The notes beneath the pieces are model-generated. The model saw only the letters and a list, made by a program, of their open reading frames with translations, searched no databases and was not told the DNA's origin. A stretch of DNA of 64,000 nucleotides from Hyphochytrium catenoides (Eukaryota > Protista > Hyphochytriomycota): NCBI GenBank assembly GCA_900088475.1, contig FLMG01004215.1:1-64000 (forward strand), written 5' to 3'. How positions within the stretch are numbered: the stretch's first letter is position 1; the number at the start of each line of letters is the position of its first letter. Shown here piece by piece: positions 1 to 14,300 of the stretch. The position numbers and the translations under genes are program-made.

Positions 1-451
1 CCATAATCCATAAAGAATTGATTTTTCCCCAAAACCCAAAGGTCAAATCCCTAAAATAGAAATAAAGCTATTTTCGGAGTTACTCCCTATTTTATGTCCT
101 AGAGTAAAATACAACTCTCAATTCTCAAACTTCGGTTCCCGCCAAAAACAACTGTCATTGGTGCTCGGTGTCAGCGGTGCGCTGTCGGTTCCTCCTTCGT
201 CAATAAAAAGCTCCATTTCTAGGCCGCTCAGCGCCGCCCTGACAACTTTAGAGCGAAGAAGGCATGTGAGGATGTCTTCACCCTCACGATTGACTGGAGC
301 ATCACGGTATGGCTGGACTTTTGAAGACTGTCTATTGGATCGATTACCTAAGGCGTTACTGAATCCTGGTGTCGAAGGGAGAGTTTGCAAGTCATACAAA
401 CTTCATGTTCACCTCTATAACGAGGGAGCCAGTAGGAGCGGCAAGACCGTG

Positions 452-1889
452 ATGGAAGGCGACAAGGACCCAAGCTCCGAATCCGAGCCTATACTGGACA
501 GATGGCTTCAAAGCGTCCTCACACAGGAGGAATGGCGTGAGTTTCGCTCCAACAATCAGAACCCTAATGTAATTCGGGAGTTGGAGGTTATTAGATCCAC
601 AGATCAAGCCGTTCGCCACGGCAAGACCTTTAACCAATTGTGTGAAGCTTATCAAGAACATGAGTTGCAGGTATGAAGGCAAGTAGCCCGCTTCACGATA
701 ACGCTGTTCATGACTGTTCATGACTGTCCTTCAATGGTAGGAACTTCATGCCAACATCAACCGGCGCAGAGCCCTCTTAGACCGATTCTCTGTCCAAGTA
801 CAAGATCTGTCTAAGGCTGGCAAGTCATACTTACACATACTGAGCCACCTCGCGACGACGCTGGGTCTAAGAGATAGTAGAACCAGTAGGTGTGTGCTAT
901 CCCCATCTGCACTCTCTCTATTTGGGTACGGTCTACCTCGTTTAACTTTCTGTCGCTCATTCCGTCTGTCGTAGCATCTTGAATGCTCTTTACGCGCTCG
1001 ACAGTGAGACCCGAAGAACGTTGGACAGGCAAAACAAGCTCGAGTAAGATTCTCCGTATAGAGCCCTCTTCAGGACGAATGATGTCAACGATCACCGAAC
1101 TAAGGCATGCTATTGTAGTCAGGATGTCGCGATCGCAGAGCAAGAGTTAGGATCTGCCAGACAACTTCTTTCAGCGCTTGAGACGGTAGAAAGTGAGCTA
1201 CACAGTGATGATCAGCTCTCCTTGAGGCGAAAAGCCATATTGGAGTTTCAGACCCAGAGTAGTAACCATATAAAGAAGCAGGAGCAGTATCGGAGCCAGC
1301 TGGTAAAGAACTACCACGGGAGAGCCCTTCTCTGAGGCGTGCACTTGTAGACCATGGCTACTCTACTCAGAACATGATCCTCAGTTAGTGACTGGCTCTC
1401 TCTTCCTGTCCTCTGCTCACTGCTTGGATTCATAGCTTCAGACTGACTTTCTTTGTCTCAGGCTAGCATCCGTCAAGGTCTGGATAGCGTCACCAGAGGA
1501 CTGGAGTCCCTAGGGTGAGATATTGCTTTGAAATGCGGAACTCTCTTTCTTGCTAAGCTTACTTCAGAACTAAAGTCTAGAGTTTGATGACGTGAACCAC
1601 GCCGGACTACGGGAGAGACACGCGGTACGTCTACCCTTGCGATATCAACGGTTCAAGATCATTCGACCAACAAAGCTTTCCTCTTACCGATTCCCCCCGT
1701 GCTACCTATCAGCGACTTCTGTCTGTTCAAGCAGAGAATGCTGCCTTAGAGCGAGAAATCTCAGCTTTCGAGGCTCTTCCAGTGGACATCGACCTCGCTA
1801 AGCTAAAGCTGGAGGAAGCACGGGAAGAACTCAGGAGGGTCGAGGAGGATTTCGAAGCGAAAATTGGGCAGATTGCAGGAGCAGGCTAG
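452..1889 (+). CDS. HAUS1: Augmin (HAUS) complex subunit 1-like, multi-exon
   Basis: Manual splicing from ATG 452 gives MEGDKD..ILDRWLQSVL..HELQ|ELHAN..VQDLSKAGKSYLHILSHLATTLGLRDSRTS|SILNALYALDSE.. and a last exon ..ISAFEALPVDIDLAKLKLEEAREELRRVEEDF..AG*. These segments match recalled HAUS1 motifs (WLKKIF; NLSSTGSRYLNAL; TKDTSLASF; SYLDLMPNPSLAQVKIEEAKREL). Some internal exons are uncertain. Confidence 0.75.
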
Positions 1890-2189
1890 CCGGTATCTAT
1901 TTTGTGGACATAACCAGATGCTGTAAGGAGAGAGGAATTTTCTTGCTCAGCTGAAGCCGAGTCGGGTCTCGGTGTCTATCCATAGCTTCTCAGCTGCCAA
2001 TGAGAGGCGCAGAGGCAACTCAGCAGCAGCGTACATGGTGCCAAACCACTTTATTTTCTCCATATCTATGCTAATTTCCAGGCCGGATGAGGAACTTATG
2101 GCTGAAGGAGAACCGTAGGGGCCTATGGGCTAATTTATCTTGTTAGGCCATTATAAGTGAGAGAGAACATGATGTCCCTTATTCTAAAG

Positions 2190-5100
2190 CTAATCTTCAT
2201 CTGCCGGACCCTGGCGTGGCTTGGGGCCTCCAGCCATTTTGGCCATAATAATCTGTGATTTAGATACCCGTTTCAATGACAAAGCGAAAGCGTGGCGAGA
2301 TAAGAATATAAGACATACCTGGTCCACCTTCAGCACAGTGATAGCGGCATCCGTAGCGAGACGAATTGCCGAAAGCTTGGTCTCATAATGGTCCAGCACG
2401 CTCTTCGAGATGTCTCTGATAATCCCCTCGCCCTGCAAGAAAGAACAAAGTGAGAGAGTTAGACTCAGCAAAGTGGCGTTTCTCGGACACCTCAAGTACA
2501 CTTGACGTGCACCACAGGCAGGCCCAATAGAAACAAGCGTCTATGGTCTTACGTCTATGTTGATCCCTGCATATTTATCGCCTGCCGCATGTGCTGCGTA
2601 GAGACTGGAGATGGTGTCGGTGGCCACTTGCCCGCTGTTCTCTGCCAGTGTGCGAGGGACGACCTCCATAGCCTCCCCATACTAGCAATGAGTGAAGCCG
2701 TGTCAGTGCTAAATATGGTTTTACAGGTAGATGTAGAACAGGAAGACAGTATCACCTTCTTGATAGCGTACTGGTCGAGACCGGGGCTGGCTTCACCCAG
2801 GGCCTGAATCTGCCTGGAAAGCTCAATCTCAGCAGCTCCGCCGCCTGCCACAAATCTGTTGTCTTTGCAAAGAGCCTTTACGCAGTTCACGCCATCGTCT
2901 ACAAGGAGCCAGAGAATGGGATAAAGAAGAGCAATTAGTCAAGGTGGATCCTTTATGGCCCTACGCCAAATGTATGCCAACGAGAGGGCGAACTGCGGAG
3001 TAGGTAAGCCACCTCATAGCGCTAGACGCGAACAAAAGGATTCCAACCCAGTTAATCTTTCACTCAGACAGCTGCCATAGAGGCGTGAAAAGTGGCACAG
3101 CTCAAGCAGCACAGCAAGCGCATAAGGGTACAGAAGAAGAGCGCAGATTAAGATCCAAGCGAGCAAGTTTGTCCCTACCAATCGCTCTTTCTAGGTCATT
3201 GAGCACGTTGTCGGTACTCGCTCTTAAGAGGATAGTGGCGATTGCACTATCCTCACTCTCCTGCCTGAAGATTGTCACCTTCCTGCCTCCAATCTCCCTC
3301 ACACTGACGCTGTCGCAGAAACCCATTTCTTCAGGTGTCGGAGCCCCTAGACGTACAAGTCCTGTAGCCCCAACAGCTCTGCAAAGGCGACGCAGCTCCC
3401 ACTTCGAGGTAATCTTAATAACCATCAGTTTGTACTTCTCGATGAAGTGGAGCGCCATTTCACTATATCAGCGCACACAAGGCATTAGTTTTCGTGTCTC
3501 GGTACTGCAAGGGTCACCTGTATGTTCTTTATCCGTGCCTCTCTTTCCAGCTGGCTCTTTTTGAAGAATCCTGACCATGGTCGCCCTGGCACACTCTTCT
3601 TTATACTCTTACAAAAGCCCCTCGCTGGCTCGAGTGCTGCTTCCCTACACCGCCTTACTTTGTGCTCCACTATTTGACTTACCTAACAGATCCTCCGGCT
3701 ACGACGACCTTTACGCCGCTCTCCGCGATGCCTCTAATGATCTCCTCCATGAGCTTCTCTTCCCCCTTATTATAGTTTAATAACTCGTCAGCATTGTGAA
3801 TCAGTACCGTACCCTTGGTCTCGGTGGATGCCTGGAAGTCCAGCAAGTCAGTCCAGTTTAAGTCGCAGTCCTACATCATTTCTCTCGTTCTTCGCACTCC
3901 AATATTGACAGATCAAACGCTTGGGCCCGTCTCTGTTAAGATGGCCACCAACAGCTCTCCCTACCGGTGGAACTCAATGATCCAGTCTTTCTGCTGTTCA
4001 ACACCACTATTTCCTACTGGCACCATAGCAGTGGGTCTACGTTTTACAAGTAACTTTTTCTTACCTGCTCTATTCCGCAGCCGAAGACGGCGATCTTGGC
4101 CTTTTCTACCTTCTTGATCATCCCCTCTGCGTCTCTTTGCACGACCATACCCTTCACCACTTCGCTGTCATGCACGTTGCCTCCCATAATTTTATTGACC
4201 CTAATGTTTTCAACATTCACTCTTGGTTTCTTGGGAGGTGAGGGAAGCACGATCAGCGATGCCTCGGCCACGAATGGGGCAAGAATGTCCTCATATCCGT
4301 ACTGTTTAGCTGCTAGTACGGGTCTGAGTGCTAGGACAAGCTCCTCTTTCTTTCGAGGGTCTTTGACCTCATGACAAACGAGTCCTGATGGCAGAAGAGA
4401 CGTTAGTGATAAAGACGAAACCTCACTAGAGTTGCCAGCACAAGATCGAAACGCCGGTTATACCTTCAAGGACCTCCTTTGCTTTGCCAAACGCTTTCTC
4501 GTAACCCGCAATGATTTCGCTTGTATGTAGGCCCTAGTGTGGACCAGCACGCAAGATACAGAGAGGATGGACCTCAGCTTCACAGAATTAATTGTACAAA
4601 GGACTACCCGATGAAGAAGCGTAAGGGTTATATATAGGAAAGCTATAGCAGACTCTTAGAATATCTATGGGTGTTCGATTCTCTCCAGCAAAGAGAAGGG
4701 TGCATGCACTCACCGTGCGAAGTAGATCCTCCGCCCCGCTAAGCAGTTCGCCAGCCAAGGACACCACGAGATTTGTACCGTCCCCAGACTGCCAGTTACA
4801 TAATTAGGTGAAGAGGAGAGTGTGAGACATTATGTGTGAGATGGAGAGAGAGAGAGAGACAGCCAGAAATAAGGAGGAATGGAAGCATTGAGTAAAGGTT
4901 CAAATGTAATTGAGATAAAGGTTCGAACATAAAGATAGGGCAAGTTCGCTAAGAGCTTTTTGAGGCCCTCAGGGTAACAGCGTTAAGGTAGAAGCAAGGT
5001 ACACGACTACTTCGGGAAGGCAAGGGCAAGTGGAGGAGAATAGGGACAGCTACGCTACGTCCATGGACACCAAGTACCTCTTGCTCCTGCATCCTTGCAG

Positions 5101-5578
5101 CCATGACGACGAGCTTTGCCGCTGGATGTACGACTTCTAGCTCCTTCATAATGGCCGCGGTATCACTTGTCACAAAGATCTTCTCTAAGTGATTGATCAC
5201 CAGCTTGTTCATGCCTGAAGGAAGAAAGGAGACAGCCACGATTTAGGGCTTCATAATGGAAACTTATGGTTGGGACTAAAGAGAGTAATAGATGTAAAGA
5301 GGAGCTGTAGCATCGCTCTACATTTGGCAGTCCGTTGGCAGTCGTACTGTCAAACCTTGCATCAAAGGACGAGTAGGCAAAGAAGACAGATGGGGTTAGT
5401 GAGCCTCGCAGCGTCTCTCACCATTGGGACCTAAAGACGTTCTTGAGATAGCCGCAAGATCTTTAACAGCGGTGATATTCTTAAGGACAGCCTCGTCGAC
5501 TCCCTCAATGTGCTTGAAACCCTCCTTCAGCATGCCCTGCAGCCCAGAGGCCAGGTTGAGGCTCATTGACTTGGCCAT
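2190..5578 (-). CDS. CCT8: T-complex protein 1 subunit theta (CCT8), multi-exon
   Basis: Exons encode EAVLKNI..SRTSLGPNG|MNKLVINHLEKIFVTSD, EQE|SGDGTNLVV, SKWELRRLCRAVGA, LRASTDNVLNDLERAI, GGGAAEIELS and IIMAKMAGGPKP. The first introns were checked and are GT-AG (e.g. 5215-5421, 4789-5077). Confidence 0.96.
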
Positions 5579-5870
5579 TGTGATATCTGCGCCGCGTTAT
5601 CGCTTGAGTGAGAACTTTAAATAAAGAATGAGGCTGCCAATTGCTGCTCTTCTTGAGGTGCTTCCGCTCTGAGAACTGGAGACACTTTCTTGGTGCTTTG
5701 CTGTGTCTTCCTCTATTATTTCTTCACTCAGATGTCGCAAGCGCTGATGAAGGGAGGCTGAGACCAAGGTGAAGGAGGCAGGGCAAGAGAGAGAGAAGGC
5801 GATGATGGGCAGGAGGAGAGACTGGGTGAGGGGCTTCAAAAGGATTCTCTTTGAGCTCAATGGCTCTCAC

Positions 5871-6372
5871 CTTTCTGTCCCTCTCTCTCTTTCTCTCTCT
5901 CTCTCTTCTTTCTCTCGTTCTCTTTGTCTTCCTCTTTTTTTTATCTCTCTTTCTCTAGGTACTTCGTCTCTCTTATACTCTTTCTCTCTCTCTCTCTCTC
6001 TGTCTCCCTATCTTTCTCTCTCTGTCTCTCTATCTTGCCTCCCCTACATAATGTGCGGTGGGGAACTTTCGCTCGAAAGGAAAGCTTCGGTAGCCGCTAA
6101 CTCAATTTTGTGGATCTTCCCTCAGAAAAAGCCGCTAGCGGCTAGGCTGTTACGAAGCGTCATGTTACAGCTCCCTCTCTTCCTCTCTCTCTCTCTCTCT
6201 ATCTATCTATCTATNNNNNNNNNNNNNNNNNNNNNNNNNNNNNNNNNNNNNNNNNNNNNNNNNNNNNNNNNNNNNNNNNNNNNNNNNNNNNNNNNNNNNN
6301 NNNNNNNNNNNNNNNNNNNNNNNTCTCTCCCCTCACCCTACTCTCTCTCTCTCTCTCGCTTTTCTCCCTTCC
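5871..6372. repeat. (CT)n/(ATCT)n microsatellite-rich tract in the CCT8/WDR34 divergent interval
   Basis: Visible ctctct runs at 5871-6035, 6170-6214 and 6324-6372, flanking an assembly gap. Confidence 0.9.
6215..6323. other. Assembly gap (N run)
   Basis: Run of n characters. Confidence 0.99.
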
Positions 6373-6696
6373 CTAAGTGCTGATTATTAGCTGCAGCCTT
6401 GGTCTGTGCTTCTACTTGAGGCTCCCCGTTGCGGCACGGCACTATCATCTCATCCATCCTCCTTCCAACCACAGGCCCTGGGTTTCCGTCTGGCTTGGAG
6501 CTTGTCTGGTCTCTCTCCTATGGGACTTCTTGCTGCTCTGTGCTTTTAAGTCCGAGGCCTGAAAGGGTTCGTCTTCCCTGCACACCTCTTTACAGCACAG
6601 TGTACTGATCCGGGCGGTGATACATCAGGGAAGGAGCGGAAGACGGCAGAAGGAAGGACCTGACGCGAAGGGATAAGGGAGCTAACAAAAGGTCTA

Positions 6697-9600
6697 ATGT
6701 CGCGAGTCCATCCTTCCGTCTGCTCTTTCCAGGATGCTCCGGGCGGTTCAGTCTCTTTCGCCCCTTCTTGGCAGAAGAAAGCCAAGACTGAGGATGCAGA
6801 GGCACAGACAGCAGAGCTCCGGTACAAAGATGCAGAAACCCAGGCTTTAGAGCGCGCGGAGGCCGCAGTACGAATCGGCTGCGGCTCTTCTCCTTTCTCT
6901 TCTTCGCTCTCTTCTGCAATCCCCACTCGTTTTCTCACCTATGATTACGTTTTTGCCTTGAGAAGGTGACTGCGCTCTGTTTCTCGCCGCGGAAGCTTCG
7001 ATGCCCCGCCACCTTCTGTCTTTTGCCCCTGACAAGCTTTGGGCGGCTTTTGCTTCGTCATTGAGGTGGTTCCGTCTACCAGTACTGTTGTCTGCCTGCG
7101 TTCAATCTGCCGCTCATACCCGTAGCAATTTCTCCATTTTTTCTCTCTTCTCTACTGGGACCCACAGCATTTTGATTTGCTTTGGCTTGCTACAGGTGCA
7201 AACGGAGGAGGAAGCAAGGTCGAGGGAGAAGGAAGGAGAGGATTGGGCCGCAGATGAGAGCGTGAGAGAGTTCGTCGCGAAGATTGGCGGGATTATGTTA
7301 GAGGAGCTTGAGACATCAGTGAAAAGTCAAGCATTTGATGGTAGGAGTTCCCCTCCTCTACTTTCGCTTCTCTGGTCGCGAACAGCGCTTCCCACCAGTT
7401 GATAAGCATCTCACTCTTCTCCAACTCAATAAGCTGCCTTCCTCTATTCTGCCGTCATTGTCTCCTCTTCATTGTCCCATCAAGCGCGCTAACGCTTCTT
7501 TAGATTACCAGCCCCTTGAAGAAGAAGGAGACGAGGAAATCTCCTGCAAATACACTCTCCGCTTTGACTCTGCAACGCACTTCAAGCTCTCCAAAGGTAC
7601 GGATTCGTCTGAATTCTTAGCAAGCCTAGCTCTTTCTCTCCATCCGTCTGGCATCCGCATCCCCTCCACTCCTTTCTGTTTATCTGCATACTCTCTTTTC
7701 CTTCATTTTGTTTCTAACCTCTACCAATCTGCGTAATAACCTCTCTCTCTCAGGTCTGGTGTTCTCTCTTCTTCCTACCTCGGCCCAACTAGCCTTCTTA
7801 GGCAGAGAAGACGTTACCTTTTTCTAGTAACCTTCCCCATTTTCTCTTTCTGACACCTCTTCCCGTCCCAGCCCTGCAGTGCACAGGCCTCTCATGGAAC
7901 GCTACGGGGTCAATGGTGGCCGTTTCCTATGGAAGGTTCGACCATTCAGGATGGTGCGAGTACAGGGCAGCTCTGTGCATGTGGAACATCTTCGGGAACA
8001 AGTTCCAGCCTGACAAGCCAGACGTACTGCTGGAGACCTCGGTACGAAAAGTGAAGCGAAGAGAAGGGCTCAGAAGCAAGTAGGAAATAATACGATGTGC
8101 TACACTGTAATGAGAGAGTTTGGTCTTACAAGGAACCGACTACTCTGCCCATATGTTGACAGCTCTCCCTCCATCCTTAGAGCGGCCTTATGTGTGTGGC
8201 TTGTCACCCGGTGCAGCCAGCGGTGGTCGCGGCAGGGTCATTCAATGGCGAGGTGCTTGTCTGGAACGTGAGTGCTGATGACCCACTAGTTGCTAGCACG
8301 AAGATTGACGACTACTTCCATCGAGAACCAATTCTCAAGGTAAGATAGCTCGGCTCTTCGAGGTGCCATCCCTGTATCGGCAGCAAAGGTCTGGTGTACT
8401 GTCGCATTACCGGTCTTATTTCTCCATTCTCACACATGAGTTCTACCATGACCTTACGGCCAACGATCGTCACTTTGATAGTTTGTCTTTCATATCTTTG
8501 ACTCTACTTCTCGGTCTTCTTGCGGGTATCCTTAACATACGCCAACGAAACTCTGGCACTCAGCTCGAGTGGGTCTATGACTATAAGGAGCGAGACTATC
8601 AGGTAACCAGGCATGAAGAGACTGAACGCTGCCTGTCGCTCTACCATGTTCCTCTCTCTCAAGAGAAGCCTCTAATTATTTCCCTATCCCATTGCACTGT
8701 ACTCGACGCCGGGCAGATCTGCAGTGTCAGCGCCGATGGCAAAGTTCTTTTATGGAGTCTTAAGAACAAACTTTCTTCCCCCATCCAAGGGTGAGCTGCA
8801 TCGCCCCTCCCCTGCTTCTTCCTAGTATCCTTTATGTACCCTTAATTACCCTTCTCTCCTCTCGCCCTAGTTCCCTGGTATCCTATGCACTATGCCCTCA
8901 CCAGATCTGTCTAATAACTCTCTCCTACATCATTTCCCTTCTGTCTCCGACTCGTATTTGTGGTACGCGTTGTCCCGTGACTCATCTCGCGTTGCAGCTA
9001 TCGCATTATACCTAAGGACTCCCATGGCTCACGAAAGGAAACGAAGCAGCTCTGCTATGGAGGTGACACTCTCTCTTTACTCTGATGTCCACTTACGAAT
9101 AGCAATCAGACCAAATCTAAACTTTATCCCGACAAGGGTAACTGTCTGGTACTTTCCTGTCCTGCGCTTCTCTACGTGGCTGGCTCTTAGGGCAATCGGC
9201 TTCTAGTTGACTAACTCGACCGTGTGTCCCACGTTCCCTCCAAACCGTTTGCTAACCTCTGCTAAGTTAGGTACCGCGGTAGCCTTTCCTGTTGAGGGTT
9301 CGGGGCAAGGAAACTTTGTCGTGGGGTCAGAAGGTGGACAGGTGCTGAGATGTCTCACGAAGAGATACACTCATCCAGTCGTCAAAGGTCCTGTTCATCA
9401 ATGATAACTTTGATATTCTCTCTTGCTTGACTTTCCCGCTTATTTCTCTTGTATCCATTACTTAAGATCCTCCTTCTGCTCTGCAGCGCACCAAGACCTG
9501 CGTAGATTCCTTTTCAACTGCCCTTCTTTTCCTAAAATTTCACAGCTTCTATTGTCGGTATTTGCTTGTCCTGATGTCTTCGCTTGCCTTTCGTGGCAAC

Positions 9601-10859
9601 ATCGCATTTCTCCCTGAGCTGACTGTGATGGTCATCAATTCTTACTTAGGAGCCGTCAAATGGAGCAAAAACGCGGAGTCAATACTCTCGAGGCTTCCTG
9701 AAAGCGAGCAAATGAAAGTTCGGAAGCACGTTGAGGACTGGGCCAGAGAACAAAACCTTCGAGAGATTTCGTCGGCCAATGTTTATGAGGCCAAACCTAG
9801 CCAGGTAAGCTTAACCTAGTCTTCGGTGTCCGTAGTCGATCGCTGCATCAGTTTGTCGCATAACCCTGAACGCTGACAAGAAAACTATGCGGTGGTCTGT
9901 GTCATCCTCCGACTTTCTGCTTCATCTTCTCACGTATTCCCGTCCTGCAGGACCTGCTGTTCCCCTCCCCGATAGACTTCACTTTTCAGCCACATGTGGG
10001 GCCCGTCAATGCCCTAGAGTTCTCTCCTTTCCATCGCAACGTATTTCTCTCTTGTGCGTCAGACGGTATCCTGAGGGTCTACTCTCTGCTTCAGGTAAGA
10101 ATTACCTGCGTGCTTCCGTTCTCTATGCGTTTAAATCCGGTTGCTAGGTTGGTAAACCGTCGACGGTCTTCTGTTGTCAGGCTCCTGCTGCTCTCTTGGC
10201 TTCATTTCACAGACTAAGGCTCTCGTCTTCTATGGACAGTCGCGACCATTACGATCCGTAGAGCCCTCCTCCAGTTACCTGTACAGCGCTTGCTGGTCAA
10301 GGTCAAGACCGATGGTGCTTGCAGCAGGGAGCGAGGATGGTTCCCTTTATATCTACGATCTCATGGTAGGACCGCCTTCACAACTAGTCTCGTCTACTCT
10401 GGCTCTCCCTAAACTTCCTTCCCCCCGCTCTTTGTAACCTTCAATGCTCCAGGATGAAAATTGTGCCGGTTCCTTTCTTCTTACGATGATATGTCCTCCT
10501 GCCCTCCTTCTAACTCGATACATGCTATTCTGTTGTCCAACTGTTCACTGTGTTATCTGACATCCTCTGCTTTTCCTTTTCTTAAGAGTATCGCTACCCA
10601 GCCAGCGGCTCGCCTTACCCCTCCTTCCAGTGGTCAATCAAAGCAATCAAGCAGCAAAAAACCGTCTCCGGTTTACTGCTGCGCGTTTAACCCGAGAGTG
10701 AGAGACTTTCTGGCATCTGGAGACAGCAGAGGGGTTGTGAGAGTATGGCAGATCACGTGGAAGCTGGCCAACCTCGCGCTCAAGGAGGCAGCACTATTAG
10801 ATAAGATGGCGAGGGCGGCTATGGAGGACGACGAGGGAGAAGACGCACTTGGGGCATAG
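6697..10859 (+). CDS. WDR34: Cytoplasmic dynein-2 intermediate chain WDR34/DYNC2I2 (WD40), multi-exon
   Basis: N-terminal light-chain-binding xQT motifs (AEAQT, AETQ, VQT), then ELETSVKSQAFD, LSWNATGSMVAVSYGRFDHSGWC, HPVQPAVVAAGSFNGEV, HREPI, SVSADGKVLLW, FVVGSEGG, FSPFHRNVFLSC and WSRSRPMVLAAG. Confidence 0.9.
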
Positions 10860-11303
10860 CTTTTGAGGCAATGCGCGAACTCCGCGGATACAAGGAGTTC
10901 ACTTCCGGAGCAAGGGCCAGACAAGTATTGAGAAAGAGGCATTGTGGGCTTTCAACCATCAGGGTTCAGACCATCGCCACTTTTTTGGAGAAACCATCAA
11001 TACCTGGATATCCTTGTCTCCTCGCCTGCGTCGCTAAGGACTAAGGCTCTGGTAGTGCTCCTTGTTTACCAGTTAGGGGCCGAAACGTAGCGTTAATAGA
11101 CAAAAGGTGAAAGAGTCGGAAGGTGCAGTGTGACTTCCTGACTTTGATATGTCTCTTTAGAGCTTTTGGTCTCTTCTCTTTAGCAACGCAGCATCTGATC
11201 CCTACACGAATCTTTGTATTATAAAATACATTATCTGTAATGATTGTAGCACTTCCAACAGTACTTATAGCCCATTTCTCCGCGCTCTTCCAAAAGACGA
11301 TCC

Positions 11304-14300
11304 CTACGCATCTGTATAGTTCGCGGGGAAGAGGCCTCTCACTCCGTTGCACTCGCCCTCCCACCAGCCACTGACGTCCTTCGCCATCACTAAGATCTTG
11401 CCTCCTGCCAAGAAGGATAAATCCTCCTCTTCGGTTCCAGAAAAGTCAAATAACGCCGTCACTACTTCTTTCTTCGACGGCTTAGACGACGCGCAAGGGG
11501 GAGCGGGAGCAACTAATGGTACGGTCTTGGTTCTCGCTGGTTGTCGGTACAAGCACAGAGGGCAGAATAGACGTTAGGAAACGCATGGGCAAAGAGGTGA
11601 CGGATGGAAATGGCGGACGCCTAACTAAGCAGGCAACCGCGAGAAGCAGGCCACGAGAATCGTAAGTGAGGAGGGTAAGAAGAGACCAGCTGCAGGCTTA
11701 TTCCCTGTAAAGCAAAGAGTTAGACAACAGCTCTGACGGCCAACCTTCGGTCTTAACTTTGGCCAATTTGGCAAGCGACGGATTCCTTTCTAAGACTGCC
11801 GACTCCAGCCGAGAGGCAATCTCAGATGCTGTCAATCCTTGTCGATTCTTTACCATCGGGTCCTTAAGTTGAGACGAACGCAAGAGGTGATACATTCAGC
11901 TGATATGGCTAGGAAGTGTCTGCACATTCGGTTGAGGAATAGCCAAACCAGACACCACAAGGATAAAAGTTGTACGGAGGGCGAGGAAAGGAGGAGCGCA
12001 GAGTACTAGAAGAAAGACTTAATGTGAGATGGGAGATCACTCACGGCTCTTTTCGACAGGAGAAGCTCAACCACCTCCTCTCTCCTGCTTTTGGCAGCGA
12101 GGTGCAGGGGAGTGTCTCCCTCGCTATCGACTGCGTCAGCGGAACATCCACTCAACAGCAGAAGGTTGCAGACCAAAGGGAAACCTGCCAGAGGACCGAT
12201 TATTAGGAGTATTTGTTTCTAAGAGATTAGAAAGAATAGCGAACAGAATGACTTCAGCCACTGGAGGTAAGGTGGAACGCTAGCCGATGACCATAAACAG
12301 TCAACTTCACATGAACACGCGGGTATATCCTTAGGCTGTTGGCGGAGAAGGGACGCTGCTTGAGTCGGATCGAAAGGGCAACCTTATGACCAACGACCGA
12401 AGCACTGAAGGAGGGACAAGGAAAGGAAGGAGCAAAGAAGTAGATTGACTAAAGCGAGGAGACGTACCTCCTTCTGCTGCTTCATGGAGGGGTGTTCTTA
12501 GACCATGCCCTCCGGTCTGGGTACCATGCACCTCTTCCCCATGAGCTATTGACCGGTAAGTCCCGAGAAGGTCACCTGCCGCACAGCTTGAGCGCAACAG
12601 CTGGGAGCGTAAAGGGAAGCAAACAATGACGAGAATGATTGTGAGATGTAGCGGTTGTCTCACCTTCTTCAGACTACTCCCAATCTCCACTTCACTCTAC
12701 CTTTCCCTCGCACTGTCTCAATACCTGATCTCTATTCATTAACCCATCTCCTGGTCTTTGTGCATACCTTGCTCTTATCGCCTTTGTCTCTTTCAACGAA
12801 GGCTCTTTTCTCATACTTGGCTTTGATCCACTCCTCCCTTTCTCGCTTCCCAGAGTCGGGTGTAACCTTAGCTGGTGTCCGTGACGACTCCCACTCCGCT
12901 TCCCAGATGGCGTTTGCCTTCTCGTTACCAACGGAGAGGAGCAGAGAGAGGTCCAATGGTTCTAACGCGTCCAAGGTCATAGAACGCTAGAAAGAACCGA
13001 GAACCAGTCAGCTGAAGAAGAGATACAAGCTCACACACAAAGGCCAGAGATCTCAACAAATGCTTAGCGCGAAACAGGGAGACAGAGAGAGAGAGAGACA
13101 AGGAGTAAGGAAGTTCTTTTCACTGGCAACGACAACAAATGGCACTTCAGATTGAACATAATTTACAAAGAGTCAGCCCCGAATAGCGACAGGAGCGAGC
13201 CTGGCTGCCATGCACGGCCACTTCGATAAAATGGAAAGGAATAGAAGCTTGCACACCAGCATGGCTGCAGAGAATAGCAAAAGGCAACGAAATGAGAGCA
13301 AGAGAGTACACCCAGGAGGGGCGGCGCAGGGTGTTGATAGAGGGGACGGTACGCAGGACTGAGGGGAGAGGAACTTCGTACAGTCTTAGAGAGGTGGACA
13401 CCCAATCCTCGATGTATCCCAGCGCACTGGAGACAAATGACAATTAGAAGGTTCAGGGATATCCAGTCAGGCTCTACGAAAAGGAAGAGAGAAAGAGAGA
13501 CAAAGGTGAATTGAAGAGGAAGAGTGAACCCACCCTAGCCATTTACCCTGCTAGGGAAGGCAACTGATATATAGAACAGAGAGAAAAGATGTTATAGTTG
13601 GGAAGATGAACCCGTAAGAAGACATACAGCTAAGGACATTGCCACAAATGGTCTGAGCGGAGTCAAACAAATCTCCCTGGCGGAAGAGAGTCGGAGTAAG
13701 AAGAGCAGCAAGCTGGGAAGCGGAAAGAAATCAGCAGACAGTGGTAGCCCCAACATACCGACAGCTGAGAAGAACAAGTGCGAGAGGGATGCGAAGGATA
13801 TAAAGAGAAGGATGAGACTCTTCCTACCTGGACTGCCACAGTCGGCGCAAAAGCCATTCCCTGATGCACTGCGAACCTGCCCGGGTGATGGTAGCGCGAG
13901 GCGTATGGTAGTGGCAATAACGTGAGGATACGTAAAGGGAAAATGGAAGATATGAACCGACGAGGGAGACTCAATATCAGGAGGGGGACACGAAGAAGTA
14001 TGAGTCTAGCAAAAACTCCGAGCCAATTCAAGGGAGCACAGGTCCAAGTGGAAGTTAGGAGTTAAGGACAGGACAAACGGACCTGAGCAATGGTGTTACA
14101 GGCACCAATAGGCCCTCTGCTGAGAGAGGCAGCAGTACCTTGTGGGTTGACACCAAGACTGACTCCTATATTGTTCTGGATGGTGCTGATATTTCATGGA
14201 TGAGCATATCAATAACGAGTCATAAGAAGAGAGAGATCAAAAATTGGCTAGGGACAGCGAACAAGCCAAAGATATCCGTGAGGGGGCAGACAGAGAGGCA

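Noticed and set aside
158-451. N-terminal part of ORF 158..676
   Set aside because: It starts at a non-ATG codon and HAUS1-like sequence begins only at ATG 452, so this part is probably UTR or intergenic.
5769-6383. 204-aa ORF with SLSLSL runs (likewise 15447..15875 and 38680..39207)
   Set aside because: These are translated CT microsatellites and N-gaps.
8526-8536. GTATCCTTAAC (U12 donor/branch-like), and GTATCCTTT at 8825
   Set aside because: Both lie inside introns that begin with ordinary U2 donors (gtaaga, gtgagc), and no reading frame requires a U12 intron.
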